Shown: one piece after another, positions 1-9,677 of the stretch
Numbering within the stretch: the first letter of the stretch is position 1
Layout: every line of letters starts with the position of its first letter
DNA from: an uncultured virus (IMG/VR IMGVR_UViG_3300046524_000568)
Lineage: Duplodnaviria; Heunggongvirae; Uroviricota; Caudoviricetes
Length of the DNA: 64,000 nt
Direction: 5' to 3' (one strand)
Virus record (IMG/VR): IMGVR_UViG_3300046524_000568
The notes under the pieces: model-generated
What the model was told of the DNA's origin: nothing
The model's database searches: none
What the model saw: only the letters and a program-made list of their open reading frames with translations
Made by a program: the position numbers and the translations under genes

Positions 1-298
1 CCGATGTTTGGGCAACGCGTCTTGAGCCGTTGGACCACAACATCGGCAGCTCGTCCGAAACGACGGATGGGCTCATCAATCGTCTTGTAGAGGACAACGC
101 CTAATACCAGCAGCCTCTATCTGATGGTTTGCCTCAACCAAGCCCCGTGCCACAGTCGGCCGGGGCTTTTCGCACTCAGTACGCTCGACCGACTTTCTTG
201 CCCCCCGACAGGCAGGACGGAAACAATTAAGTCTGTCGAGAGCCAATGAAGTCGGTCGAAAACGCGCTGAGCTGGCTTGAGTTTGCGCTATACGGGCC

Positions 299-865
299 AT
301 GCACAAAATACTCACTCGCACTGCATACGCCGCCCTCGGACTCTCTATGGCGCTTGGTGCCGCAGCGGCTGATGCAGCTCCAGCGCAGCCCACGGGCCAC
401 CTTTCTGTTGAACCGCACTCGGGCCCAACTAAAGGGCACCTCCGTATTGAGTGGCGGCCAGACACGGCTGAGGATGACTCAGGCTCGCTCATGGTATTTC
501 GCGACGGAGCCTTGATTCAGTCTTTTCGCGAGCAGACTTTTGTTCCTCAGGACGATGGACCATCCCTCGAGATGGAAGACATCTCCGGTGACGGTAACGA
601 AGACCTTCTGTTCATGCACGAGCTCAATGGGGTCTCCCAGGAATTCCACCTAGTCTACCTCTGGGTGCCCGCCATAAACCGGTTCGTTAAGAGCGCTACG
701 TTGTCCGATAGGGGCGAAATCAAAGCAATGGACAAGTCTGGTTGCGTAACCTCGACAAGCCTATGCCAAGGAAGAACTGGCTATTTTCAGGAAGAGTTCT
801 GCTTCAACACATCTTTAGGTCGATGGCGTCTTGTTAAAACGGAACGGTACCAGTGCCCAAAGTAG
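299..865 (+). CDS. Secreted protein, XAC2610-like (DxxGDGxxD Ca-binding-type motif)
   Basis: N-terminal signal peptide (YAALGLSMALGAAAADA); EDISGDGNEDLL followed by YLWVPAINRFVKS resembles XAC2610-related inhibitors; four C-terminal Cys. Confidence 0.6.
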   Translation: MHKILTRTAYAALGLSMALGAAAADAAPAQPTGHLSVEPHSGPTKGHLRIEWRPDTAEDDSGSLMVFRDGALIQSFREQTFVPQDDGPSLEMEDISGDGNEDLLFMHELNGVSQEFHLVYLWVPAINRFVKSATLSDRGEIKAMDKSGCVTSTSLCQGRTGYFQEEFCFNTSLGRWRLVKTERYQCPK

Positions 866-1362
866 AAAACCGGGCATGCCGTCGACAGACTTTCACATAC
901 CGTGCGCCCGCCGACGGCGCGCCAAGCCTAGAAAATCACCCAATACTAGAAGTCAATTTACGGACATCAGGCCTAGCCAAATACCGTCGTCCCTCTCTTC
1001 TCTCTGGATAACGCCTTTCGCTTTTCCGGAATAGCCTGACTTGGCATTTCCATAAATCGGCACTACCATTTTAGGACTATCCGGGTCCCGGCATTTCCAA
1101 AAAGCGTTCGGCAAAAAGGGGACGATGCCGGTGGTCTGCCGGGCTCTGTCCGTAAATTGACTTTTGAGGCGGGGGAGATTTCGGGACCGGAAAAACGCGC
1201 CTACCCCGGAAAATCATGCCGGCCCGCAAACGGGTCCATCCGGGAAAAACGCGTCGCACTACGGGGGCGGGTCTGGCGGTCACGGCGGCGCGCTCGCATA
1301 TACTTCGAACTGAACGCCGCATCAATCCAGGCGTCGCGAAAAACTGGGAGCACGCCGCGCAA

Positions 1363-1740
1363 ATGAGCATCGTCTGGGAACAACGCATCCGTCACATCGA
1401 CCGGCCCGTCAACCGGGTGGTTCATCGCAGGTTGCTGCGTAGCCTTGACCGCCAGGCTCTCAAGGCCGCTGTCAAGGCGCAGCGTGGCGCGCCTTCGGGC
1501 AACCACTCGTCGCACTATGTCGTGGCGATGGCCCGTCTCGCGATACGCCGGGCGACGCGCAGCGAGAACGACAGCGTTGCGGGCGCGAACAGGCTCCTCT
1601 GGCTGCGGCTCAGGGAACGCATGCTCGAGAAAAAACGAACGGCCCGGCATGCGGCCGCCAGACGTCGACGCCCGCGGGTCACCGACACCGGTATCAATCA
1701 GGCCCGACGCAACCGCGAATACCTCCGCGAAAACGCATAG
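1363..1740 (+). CDS. Arg-rich hypothetical protein
   Basis: ORF from ATG 1363 downstream of CATATACT -10-like site (~1297); no recognisable domain. Confidence 0.45.
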   Translation: MSIVWEQRIRHIDRPVNRVVHRRLLRSLDRQALKAAVKAQRGAPSGNHSSHYVVAMARLAIRRATRSENDSVAGANRLLWLRLRERMLEKKRTARHAAARRRRPRVTDTGINQARRNREYLRENA

Positions 1741-1759
1741 GGTTCAGGCCAGGCGTCGC

Positions 1760-2083
1760 TCAGCGGGGCGCTTGGTCATGCAGCCCGCGCCCGCGAAGCT
1801 CTGCATCGAGCCGGCGCAGGTCCATGTACAAAACGGTCGAGTCGAAAAGGAATCGCTGCAGGCTGTACAACGCGGCCGCGCCCGTGCCCACGGCTAGCAA
1901 TCCGCCCAGCGGCAGGTCCAGCACCAGTGCGACGGCCGGCGCCAATGCCCCAAACGCCATCGCGCTTGCAATCACGCCCACCATGCGCTGCCGAAGCGAA
2001 AGCAGGCGGCTCTTGCGCGCGCGCTCACGCATGTAGGAGTCGGTCATCATCACGCCGTAGGCGCGGGCATGTCGGTCGGTCAC
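1760..2083 (-). CDS. Two-TM membrane protein (paralogue of 3331-3639)
   Basis: Two hydrophobic segments; aligns by eye with the 3331-3639 product; GCTATAC element upstream. Confidence 0.65.
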   Translation of the reverse strand: MTDRHARAYGVMMTDSYMRERARKSRLLSLRQRMVGVIASAMAFGALAPAVALVLDLPLGGLLAVGTGAAALYSLQRFLFDSTVLYMDLRRLDAELRGRGLHDQAPR

Positions 2084-2198
2084 GGGAAGCCCCCAGAATT
2101 GAAGTCATCTGTATAGCGCGAGCCGCAGCCCCACAATCGCCGCTCCTCCCTCGAGCTATACGGCAGGAGGAACCGTTCAATCAATGGAGGAAAAAAAG

Positions 2199-3251
2199 AT
2201 GACGACTGACTGGCAGAAAATGCGTGAACAACGCATCGACTACGACCTGTCCGCGCCGGACGAGAAGGGCCCCACGCGCATCCTCGAGGTGCTCGCGGGA
2301 CTCGGATTGAAGGGCAGAGAGCAGGAGGGACTCGTCCTGCTTGAGCAGGATGGCGCGGCCCGTGCGCAATGCATCGCGCTTGTCTCGGCCAGCGAGCTGT
2401 TTTCCTGGGATGACGCACAGGAGACGCGCGTGGCCCGGCGCCGTGTAGGCCGCTTCAAGGGCATGACCGACCTGTTTTCGCACAAGGTGGCAACCTGGCG
2501 GCAGGCTATTGGTGAATTCTGCGGCCCGCACGCATACCTGTATCTCATCGACCTCGATAGCTGGCTTGACGACCCTGGCAACCAGGACGTGGCCGCCATG
2601 CTCGAACACGACGAGCGCGGTGTGCTCAAGACAGTGTGTCGCCCGGTCGAGTTGCAAGCGTTGCTCGGCAACCCGTTTGGCGCGGTACGGCCATCCGGGC
2701 ACGATGGCACGCCGGAGTTTGAAGTCCAGCGCATGGACCGGCATTCGTTCGAGCCTGCCGTGCGCGATTTTGGCGCCACGGTCACGCATCCGTTCGTTCG
2801 GGTGCCGGATACCGAGTGCTGGCTCGAGCGCCTTGTTGCGCATCCGGAGAGCGAACGCGTAACGGCCCTGGCCAACGCGCTCGTGCACCGAGTGATGGGC
2901 AACTCGCACGAGCTGTGCGTGCGCCGTCCGGAGGTGCTCATCACGCGCTCTGGCCGCACCTCGGCGATGCCCTGGTTCGTTCTGGGCATGGGCGAGCAGT
3001 ACGGTCTGGCCTACTGCATCTACCTGGCGCTAGCCTTTGACGAGGCTTCGCCGGAAATGTGGTTGGGCATTACGGATGCGCTGAACTATCTGGACCTGCC
3101 GCACTACGTGCGGGCGATGGATGTGCTGCGCGACTTTGTTGTCGTCACCGGCGCCAACACGTACGTGAAGACCAATAAGGAGCAGTATCAGCAGCTCGCC
3201 AAAACCAAGCTGGAAAAAGCCGTTTCATGCTGTAAGGCGATGAACGGCTGA
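2199..3251 (+). CDS. Hypothetical protein with degenerate SMC/Rad50-type ABC-ATPase C-terminal signature
   Basis: RBS GGAGG; C-terminus LGMGEQYGLAYCIYLALA...ITDALNYLD...TYVKTN resembles signature/Walker B/D-loop/H-loop; no intact Walker A; terminator follows. Confidence 0.65.
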   Translation: MTTDWQKMREQRIDYDLSAPDEKGPTRILEVLAGLGLKGREQEGLVLLEQDGAARAQCIALVSASELFSWDDAQETRVARRRVGRFKGMTDLFSHKVATWRQAIGEFCGPHAYLYLIDLDSWLDDPGNQDVAAMLEHDERGVLKTVCRPVELQALLGNPFGAVRPSGHDGTPEFEVQRMDRHSFEPAVRDFGATVTHPFVRVPDTECWLERLVAHPESERVTALANALVHRVMGNSHELCVRRPEVLITRSGRTSAMPWFVLGMGEQYGLAYCIYLALAFDEASPEMWLGITDALNYLDLPHYVRAMDVLRDFVVVTGANTYVKTNKEQYQQLAKTKLEKAVSCCKAMNG

Positions 3252-3268
3252 TGCAAAATCTGTAACTC

Positions 3269-3299
3269 AGCCGCGGCCTTTTTATGGTCGCGGCTTTTT
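3269..3299 (+). terminator. Rho-independent terminator
   Basis: AGCCGCGGCC/GGTCGCGGCT stem followed by T run. Confidence 0.7.
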
Positions 3300-3330
3300 C
3301 ATTATGGTGGTGGTCGAAGGCGGGCAGGGC

Positions 3331-3639
3331 TCAGGCGCGCGAGACCGAGTTGGCAGCCGCTTCCCGTGCGCGCAGGTCCATGGCGAGCGCCGGCCAGTCG
3401 AGCAGGAATACCCCAAGGCAGTAAAGGCCGACCAGCGCGGCCGCAATCCCGTACCAGCCCGTGTCTGGCGCCTGCAGCTCCCACACGCAGGCCGGGCCGA
3501 ACAGCCCGAACAGCAACACGTGAGTCACAATAGAAAAGACGCGTCGCTCCAGCGTCTTTTGACGGACTGCTTCAGCGCGTGCCCGATAAAGCGGTTCGCG
3601 CATCAGCCGCAGATACAGCTCACGCATCTGGTCACCCAT
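3331..3639 (-). CDS. Two-TM membrane protein (paralogue of 1760-2083)
   Basis: RBS AAGGAG before ATG 3639; two TM segments; shared LY.L..FL.D...L.MDLR motif. Confidence 0.65.
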   Translation of the reverse strand: MGDQMRELYLRLMREPLYRARAEAVRQKTLERRVFSIVTHVLLFGLFGPACVWELQAPDTGWYGIAAALVGLYCLGVFLLDWPALAMDLRAREAAANSVSRA

Positions 3640-3837
3640 GGGCAACTCCTTGTTATGACGAATTCCAGCGTATAACGCTGCGAGGTTAACATCCATCAGT
3701 GTAATGCCTGAGCATCACACTGGCGACCGAACAGCGCATATCGTACAATAAGTCTTTGTCAACATTCGGGCAAGTTCGGGCCTTCATATTTCCCTATACA
3801 ACTCCAGAGGAAACAACACATCTGGAGGTAGGTAGGT

Positions 3838-4473
3838 ATGGAAATCATTGGTTATCACGGCACGAAGGTCGATTTCGACACGTTCGCGCCGGGCAACTCG
3901 TCAATCGACCGCATGGTCGGACCACACTTTTCGAAGACACCGGCGCTCGCCAACAAGTTTGCCCTGAAAAATCCGGGGCAAAAGGGTAACGGCAAGCGCA
4001 CGGGCGGCCGGGTCATTCCGGTGAAGCTTGCTGGCGCCGTCTACACGGTGGACCAGCATTTCGCGAAGTTTCCGGGCCCGATAAGTCGCCTGACACACCC
4101 GGAGCATCACTACTGGGTGGGCCTGTTTGGCACGGACTACTTCGCGCTTGCATACGACATCGGCAAGGTGGTGCTCACTGAGTGCCCCGAGCTGCTCGCT
4201 CGGTATGCAGCCGAAACCGGCCACGCGAGCTCGCAAGCCTGTCTCGACAAGCTGGAGCAGGACCGGGACTGGCAGCTCGTGAGCGTGCTCAAGGGTGACC
4301 CAGCCAAGGAACTGCTGAAGGTAAATATCGCACGCGCGTACCGCGACATTCTGGTGGCCCGCGGTTTCGGGGTCATCGAGTACGTGAATACCGCAAAGAA
4401 GGAACAGGTAGGGGACCTCGCGGACCAGACCTGCTTCATCGCGCTGACGACGCCCCGTTTTTATTTCGAATGA
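3838..4473 (+). CDS. ADP-ribosyltransferase-fold protein (ART-PolyVal-like)
   Basis: N-terminal YHGT...F..F...GPHFSKTPALANKFA pattern and C-terminal GFGVIEYVN typical of polyvalent-protein ART domains. Confidence 0.6.
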   Translation: MEIIGYHGTKVDFDTFAPGNSSIDRMVGPHFSKTPALANKFALKNPGQKGNGKRTGGRVIPVKLAGAVYTVDQHFAKFPGPISRLTHPEHHYWVGLFGTDYFALAYDIGKVVLTECPELLARYAAETGHASSQACLDKLEQDRDWQLVSVLKGDPAKELLKVNIARAYRDILVARGFGVIEYVNTAKKEQVGDLADQTCFIALTTPRFYFE

Positions 4474-4492
4474 CAACCCGGAGGATAGAAAA

Positions 4493-5032
4493 ATGGCACA
4501 CAACGACAAGCAGCTGACCGACGCCGAAGTACAGAAAAACCATGATGCGCTGACCAAAGCACAGCTTCGCAAGCACAACACGTTGCGTGCAGCGGTTCAC
4601 GTATGTCTCGCGGCGCGCGACGAACTCTCGGACCAGGAAACCGGTCTCGTGAAGTTCAGTCGTTCGCGGCTCAAAACATACCTGCCGCTCACGGCAGCAC
4701 AGCAGACGTGGCTGCTCGACATCGCACGCCGCTCTGCAGAGGATGTGGCCGAAGAAATCGACCGCCTCGTCCAGCGCTGGGCAAATGGAAACGCTGATGG
4801 AGAGCATCCGACGTATCCGCGCTCGAACTGGCCGCTTCGTGACGCCAAGGGCCTTCCGCCCACGGCGTACTGGCACTGGGCGCTCAGCGAAATCGAGCGC
4901 AACGGCGGCAGCGAAGAGCACTGCGATGAGTGCGCCGCGAAGCTCGACGGCGATGGCTGGGACGGCCTGTGTGGCAATTGCGCGGACCGGGTGGAGAGCG
5001 GCGAGGTGACTCGAGAAGAACTTCACATGTAA
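4493..5032 (+). CDS. Hypothetical protein with C-terminal CxxC-CxxC zinc ribbon
   Basis: RBS GGAGG; paralogous to 5061-5507; CDEC and CGNC motifs. Confidence 0.7.
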   Translation: MAHNDKQLTDAEVQKNHDALTKAQLRKHNTLRAAVHVCLAARDELSDQETGLVKFSRSRLKTYLPLTAAQQTWLLDIARRSAEDVAEEIDRLVQRWANGNADGEHPTYPRSNWPLRDAKGLPPTAYWHWALSEIERNGGSEEHCDECAAKLDGDGWDGLCGNCADRVESGEVTREELHM

Positions 5033-5060
5033 GCGCGGACAAAAACCGACAACGGAGGAA

Positions 5061-5507
5061 GTGATGGGTATTGATTTCAAGAAACTGAACGACCCGGTTT
5101 GGCAGGCGCAGGTGCGCAAGGAACGCGAGGAGGCTGAGGCGAAAGCCGCTGCACACGAAAAGGTGTTGCGGCGTGCGCTCAACCTCTGTCAGGAAGCATG
5201 CGAGACGCTCGCGGAAAACGAGCGCAGTCTAGTTCGCAACTGTCAGCAGCGCCTGAACACGTACCTGCCGCTGTCGGAAAATCAGGAAAAGTGGCTGCTC
5301 GACATTGCAAGTCGTGTGCGCAAGGAACTGGACGTGAAGGTTCAGGCGCTCATCGACAAGCATGCGAATGGCAACGAGCTCGGCGAGCACCTGACGCATC
5401 CGCGCAGCAACTGGCCGCTGGTCGAAGAATGCGCTGACAGCCCGCGGGACTACTGGTTCTGGGTGCTGCGTGTCGTCGCGATTTATGGCGACGAGGTGTC
5501 AGCGTGA
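5061..5507 (+). CDS. Hypothetical protein (paralogue of 4493-5032)
   Basis: RBS GGAGG; shares RL.TYLPL...Q..WLLDIA.R and GEH.T.PRSNWPL. Confidence 0.7.
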   Translation: MMGIDFKKLNDPVWQAQVRKEREEAEAKAAAHEKVLRRALNLCQEACETLAENERSLVRNCQQRLNTYLPLSENQEKWLLDIASRVRKELDVKVQALIDKHANGNELGEHLTHPRSNWPLVEECADSPRDYWFWVLRVVAIYGDEVSA

Positions 5508-5869
5508 GCTTTGTTGCTGAAGTCTGGCTTCAATGGCCTATCTGCCGCGGCGCGACGATGTTCCGCGCAACGGCACGCACACGTGCCCGCGCGATTGTCA
5601 AAGCAAAGTTGCACGCTGTGACACTCGACATGATTCTGCCCCACACGTATCCGGGCGAAGACTGGAGCGGCCGCCGCGTGAGCTACTCGTACGACTACGG
5701 CATCCTGTTTGGTGTGCGCGAGCTCACCGAGCAGGAGCAGCGTGAAGGCGTCAAGGAAATCTGGACGACGAAGCTGCCGGGTCACGCAGGCCACGCGGGC
5801 GAAAACGCAAGGCTGCATCCTGTCGTTGGGGATGTGGCACTGCTCACGGGTTCGGGTCTCAGGATATAA
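5504..5869 (+). CDS. Hypothetical protein
   Basis: GTGA overlap with upstream gene; operon context. Confidence 0.55.
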   Translation: MSFVAEVWLQWPICRGATMFRATARTRARAIVKAKLHAVTLDMILPHTYPGEDWSGRRVSYSYDYGILFGVRELTEQEQREGVKEIWTTKLPGHAGHAGENARLHPVVGDVALLTGSGLRI

Positions 5870-5879
5870 CGGAGAGTTC

Positions 5880-6251
5880 ATGTCAAAGTTGTCAGGGTAT
5901 CCCGAAGAACAGCGCCCGCGCATCAAGGCGACGCTCACTCGACTTCTTGAAGGGAAGGTCGACAACGGCACGGTTGAAGAGACCGACGCAGGCATCAAGG
6001 CGGCAATGCACCAGGCTTTCATGGAGGCTTGCCAGGTCGTTGTCACCTTAGACGCGTGCATGTGCCGGCTGTCGCACTATCCGGAAGACAGCCAGCAACG
6101 CATCCGTTCAGTTGCCACTCAGCTCATCGAAGGTCAAATCGCCAGCGGCAAGGTCGCCGGCACCGAGCAAGCAGTTCAGGCTGCCACTCGCGTAGCTGTC
6201 GACGATGCACGTCAGACCGTCATCGCAGTCGAAGAGTATCTCTGCGGCTGA
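5880..6251 (+). CDS. Hypothetical protein made of two ~60-aa tandem repeats
   Basis: RBS GGAG; LSGYPEEQRPRI...LLEGKV..G.V / LSHYPEDSQQRI...LIEGQI..G.V; hairpin terminator at ~6267-6301. Confidence 0.7.
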   Translation: MSKLSGYPEEQRPRIKATLTRLLEGKVDNGTVEETDAGIKAAMHQAFMEACQVVVTLDACMCRLSHYPEDSQQRIRSVATQLIEGQIASGKVAGTEQAVQAATRVAVDDARQTVIAVEEYLCG

Positions 6252-6362
6252 CACGTAGCACCCTCACCACCTCCACGCGCAGCACTGCCGTGGAGGTTTT
6301 CTTGTGGCGCGCCGCCTGGCGTTCAGCTATACGCTTGCAGGCAAACACAAAAAGGAGTGGCC

Positions 6363-6563
6363 ATGAGTACGCAATCGCGCGAGGCAGCAACACACAAGGA
6401 AAAGCTGCAGGCACTGCTTGCTGACTTTGGTGTTGAATGCATCAACAACGAACTGGGTCATCAAATCATCTGCCGCGGGGACCAGCGGGTCACCGGCATG
6501 ACGATTTTCAACTTCGACAAGGACGGAAAATTCTTGTCGATGCGCGGCCAACAGGAAGACTGA
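6363..6563 (+). CDS. Small hypothetical protein
   Basis: RBS AAGGAG; GCTATAC element at 6326. Confidence 0.55.
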   Translation: MSTQSREAATHKEKLQALLADFGVECINNELGHQIICRGDQRVTGMTIFNFDKDGKFLSMRGQQED

Positions 6564-6564
6564 G

Positions 6565-6885
6565 ATGCACGCACCGGAACAACGTCAGATGCGTATCCAG
6601 CAGCTTGACTGTGAGCTGGCTGAACTACGTCACCGCGCGGCCGGGCTCCAGGAAGAGCTCGAGGCGCTGCGCAGTGCGGAAACTGCCGAAGACCGCGCTT
6701 TGTTGGCGCGGAAATGGTGGGAAGCGTTGAGGGTAGGTCTCATCGTCACGCTTGAGGAGTTCGAGCGGCTTCTCGACGAATGTCGCGAACTGAAGCATCA
6801 CAGCCCTTCCGCGGCATGTGTGAAATTTCGAGACCGGCTCAATGTCTCGATGCCGAACGCTGCGAAATACGTTCGTATGCTCTAG
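6565..6885 (+). CDS. Coiled-coil hypothetical protein
   Basis: Translationally coupled to upstream ORF; heptad-like N-terminus. Confidence 0.6.
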   Translation: MHAPEQRQMRIQQLDCELAELRHRAAGLQEELEALRSAETAEDRALLARKWWEALRVGLIVTLEEFERLLDECRELKHHSPSAACVKFRDRLNVSMPNAAKYVRML

Positions 6886-6991
6886 GCATAACTCCCCTCT
6901 CAAACGGCACCGCGCGGCCGTTTTCTTTTCGCGAGCACAAAAGAAAAACGCCTGCTCCGAAGAACAGGCGCTCGTGTAACTGCCAGGCATG

Positions 6992-8947
6992 TCAGTAGGC
7001 GACAATCACGACGCCAGTGCCGCCACCCCCGCGGCCACCCCCGCCACCAGCGCCACCGCCACCGCCAGTGTTAGGTGTCCCGCCTACGCCCGACACGGAC
7101 AGCGTGCCACCAATACCGCCGCCACCGATGCCGCCTGGCGCCTGAGTAACCTTATTGACGTAGGTGCCACCCCCGCCGCCACCGCCGTAGCAGGTTGAGG
7201 TGCCGGTGATGTCAGAGCAGACGCCCGCGCCACCCTTGCCGCCGAACGTCGCGTCCGGCGCGCCGCCGGCAGCAGTTGCCCCGCCACCACCCGGACCCTG
7301 AAGCGTCGTAGTCATGACGCCGCCTGCCGGGAAGCCGTTGCCGGATGCGCCTGTCGTATAGCCCGAGATGCCCCCGACCGCCTGGAGCGAGCCAAAAGCA
7401 GAAGGCAGTCCGTCCTGGCCTGCGTCGGGGCCGATGTCACCTCCCGCGCCAACCGTCACCGGAACTGTGGAGTTCGGCGTGACGGCGAAGCTGACGTTGT
7501 AGCGCACCTGTCCACCGCCACCGCCGATACCGCCCAACCCGCCACTCACCGTGCCGCCAAGTGCCTCGCTTCCGCCGCCGCCGCCAACCACGAGCAGCTT
7601 TACGCTGGTGAGCTTCGCCGGGATGGTCCACGTCGTGCTTGCCGTGAACGTCTGGACGTTGGTAACGGCCGAGCCCGTGAGCGGCACCGTGAGGGCCCCG
7701 CTCGTCGCGCCGGTGATGCTCAGGTTGCCCGCGTAGCTGGTGACGCCCGTCGGATAGAACGAGACCGTCGCGGTGCACGAGCCCTTCGCGGGAATCGTCG
7801 AGCAGCCGCTGACCGTGAAGTTTGAGGAGCTGGAAGCGAGCGCCAGCGTTCCCGCCGCGTCGCCAGCGTTGGTTAGCGTGACGGTCTGGGTGGCCGTCGT
7901 GTAGTCGCTGACCGACGAGAAATTGAGCGACGGCACGGACGCCGTGATAAGCGAGCTCGCCGCGCTATTGAGCGTGTACGACTGCTGGCCAACGTAACCC
8001 TTGTAGTTCGCCCTGAGCGTGAATTTCTGAGCGCCGGACGCGGTTGGCGTCCCAGTAAGCAGCCCATTCGCGTTGAGTACGAGCCCCGCTGGGAGCGCAT
8101 CAACGACAGCCCAGCTCGTGCTTGCTGCTTGGAAGCTCGGGTCGTTACTGCTCAGCAGCGAGCGGAAACCGTAGCCGGCGTACGGCAGACCCTGCGACGC
8201 CGCAGGCAGCTCCATGCTGCCGAGCGACACACTAATGACCTGCGTGACCACCTGATAGGTCTGCTCGCCGCTGACGCCCTTGTACGTCGCGCGCGCCGTA
8301 ACACTGCCGGTGCCGCTTGCCGTCGGCGTGCCGACGATGACCCCGTTATTCGCGAGATAGAGTCCTGGGGGCAGCGTACTGCCCCAAACCGACCACGTAA
8401 CCCCGGTGCCGGTGTACGCCGCGTCCCCCGAAACGGTCAAACGACCGTGCAGGTCGTAGCTGTAGGACTGTCCGACCAGCCCCAGCGGCGGCGTGGCGCT
8501 CGCGAGCGTTACTGTGAGGGCGGCCGTGTAAATCGAGTAGCTCTGTTGGCCGGCCTTGCTCTTGTAGCTGGCCATGACCTGGAACGTCGACGAGCCGCCA
8601 GCGCTCGGCGTGCCGGTAAGCGTGCCGTCGGCATTGAGCGTCAGGCCTGCGGGAAGGATTCCAGCCGCGACGCTCCAGCGAACGCCATAACCGGTGAAAC
8701 CGGTGTCCCCCGTGACGGAAAGCAGCGACTTGAAGTCGAATCCCGCATACGCCTGGCCGACCTGGGCCGCCGGCAGACTGTAGCTGGCGAGCGATACGCC
8801 AATGTTGCTGACCGCAGTGTGACTGGGTACCGGAACAACGACGTAATAGTCGGCGGCGAATGCCGGGAGGCTTGCCGCGAGCGTTGCGCTTAGAAGCGAC
8901 GCTTTAAAGAGATGTGAGAGGCGCATGGGGACACTGAATGGGGGCAT
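6992..8947 (-). CDS. Secreted Ig-repeat (He_PIG-like) surface protein #1 with glycine-rich C-terminal domain
   Basis: Signal peptide, DYYVVVPVP, three LPAGL.L...G...GTP repeats, extra Ig-like domain, Gly-rich tip (LLVVGGGGG...GTGVVIVAY); start may be 8926. Confidence 0.85.
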   Translation of the reverse strand: MPPFSVPMRLSHLFKASLLSATLAASLPAFAADYYVVVPVPSHTAVSNIGVSLASYSLPAAQVGQAYAGFDFKSLLSVTGDTGFTGYGVRWSVAAGILPAGLTLNADGTLTGTPSAGGSSTFQVMASYKSKAGQQSYSIYTAALTVTLASATPPLGLVGQSYSYDLHGRLTVSGDAAYTGTGVTWSVWGSTLPPGLYLANNGVIVGTPTASGTGSVTARATYKGVSGEQTYQVVTQVISVSLGSMELPAASQGLPYAGYGFRSLLSSNDPSFQAASTSWAVVDALPAGLVLNANGLLTGTPTASGAQKFTLRANYKGYVGQQSYTLNSAASSLITASVPSLNFSSVSDYTTATQTVTLTNAGDAAGTLALASSSSNFTVSGCSTIPAKGSCTATVSFYPTGVTSYAGNLSITGATSGALTVPLTGSAVTNVQTFTASTTWTIPAKLTSVKLLVVGGGGGSEALGGTVSGGLGGIGGGGGQVRYNVSFAVTPNSTVPVTVGAGGDIGPDAGQDGLPSAFGSLQAVGGISGYTTGASGNGFPAGGVMTTTLQGPGGGGATAAGGAPDATFGGKGGAGVCSDITGTSTCYGGGGGGGTYVNKVTQAPGGIGGGGIGGTLSVSGVGGTPNTGGGGGAGGGGGRGGGGTGVVIVAY

Positions 8948-9041
8948 CAGTGGTATAGCTCAAAACACACTTGGCGCACGTCGGTGCGCCAAGAAAAAAC
9001 CCCGCAAAAAGCGAGGTCTGAGGTGATGCGAAAACGGTGTA

Positions 9042-9536
9042 TCAGCTTTCCACGCGAACCCAGCGCTCACGCGTGCCGTACATGTGGTGCGCCTGGTTCG
9101 CTTCCGATTGGTTCGTCAGGTCGTAGACCATCGGAACGTTGTCATAGCCGCAGACAAGTCGCATCCACGGGTCGATTAGATAGCGACCGTCGACGAGCGC
9201 GAAATCATGCCCTTCTGCCAGGTCCATACGCGTGAATGTGCAGTCCTGGTTGTCCGAGCAGAAAAAGCCCACGATTTCAACGTTGCGTTGAGCCAGCGTC
9301 TTCTTGATGTGCCGCGCGTAGTTCGTGCATTCGACCGAGCTCGAGCCGTCGGGCATCTCGACTGTGAAGTCGCCCGACTCTTCGAACTGCGGATGCTGCT
9401 TCTTGAATTCGCGGAACTGCGCCATGGTCATCGAATCCGGCTGACTGTTGACGAACACGAGAAGCCCGATTGCGTCGTCTGAGCCGAAAAGTTGTTCCAT
9501 CTCTGCGTGTGCTGCACTGCTCACTACCTGATTCAT
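9042..9536 (-). CDS. Hypothetical protein with putative Cys-His-Asp (papain/transglutaminase-like) triad
   Basis: RBS GAGG; ECTNYA...GHDFALVDGRYLIDPW. Confidence 0.6.
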   Translation of the reverse strand: MNQVVSSAAHAEMEQLFGSDDAIGLLVFVNSQPDSMTMAQFREFKKQHPQFEESGDFTVEMPDGSSSVECTNYARHIKKTLAQRNVEIVGFFCSDNQDCTFTRMDLAEGHDFALVDGRYLIDPWMRLVCGYDNVPMVYDLTNQSEANQAHHMYGTRERWVRVES

Positions 9537-9677
9537 AGCTTCCTCGCTGGTTGATTGTTGCCACGTTCGGTATAGCCCCGCGGCGCGAATCAACCGACAC
9601 CTCCAATGCACGTCATTTTTGCAGCATTTCGAGCTATACGGCTATGTGGAAATAGCTGCCCATTGGAGGCAAACATT

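Noticed and set aside
7019..7190. CCGCCA/GCC microsatellite-like runs
   Set aside because: Simply Gly codons of the Gly-rich tip of Ig protein #1
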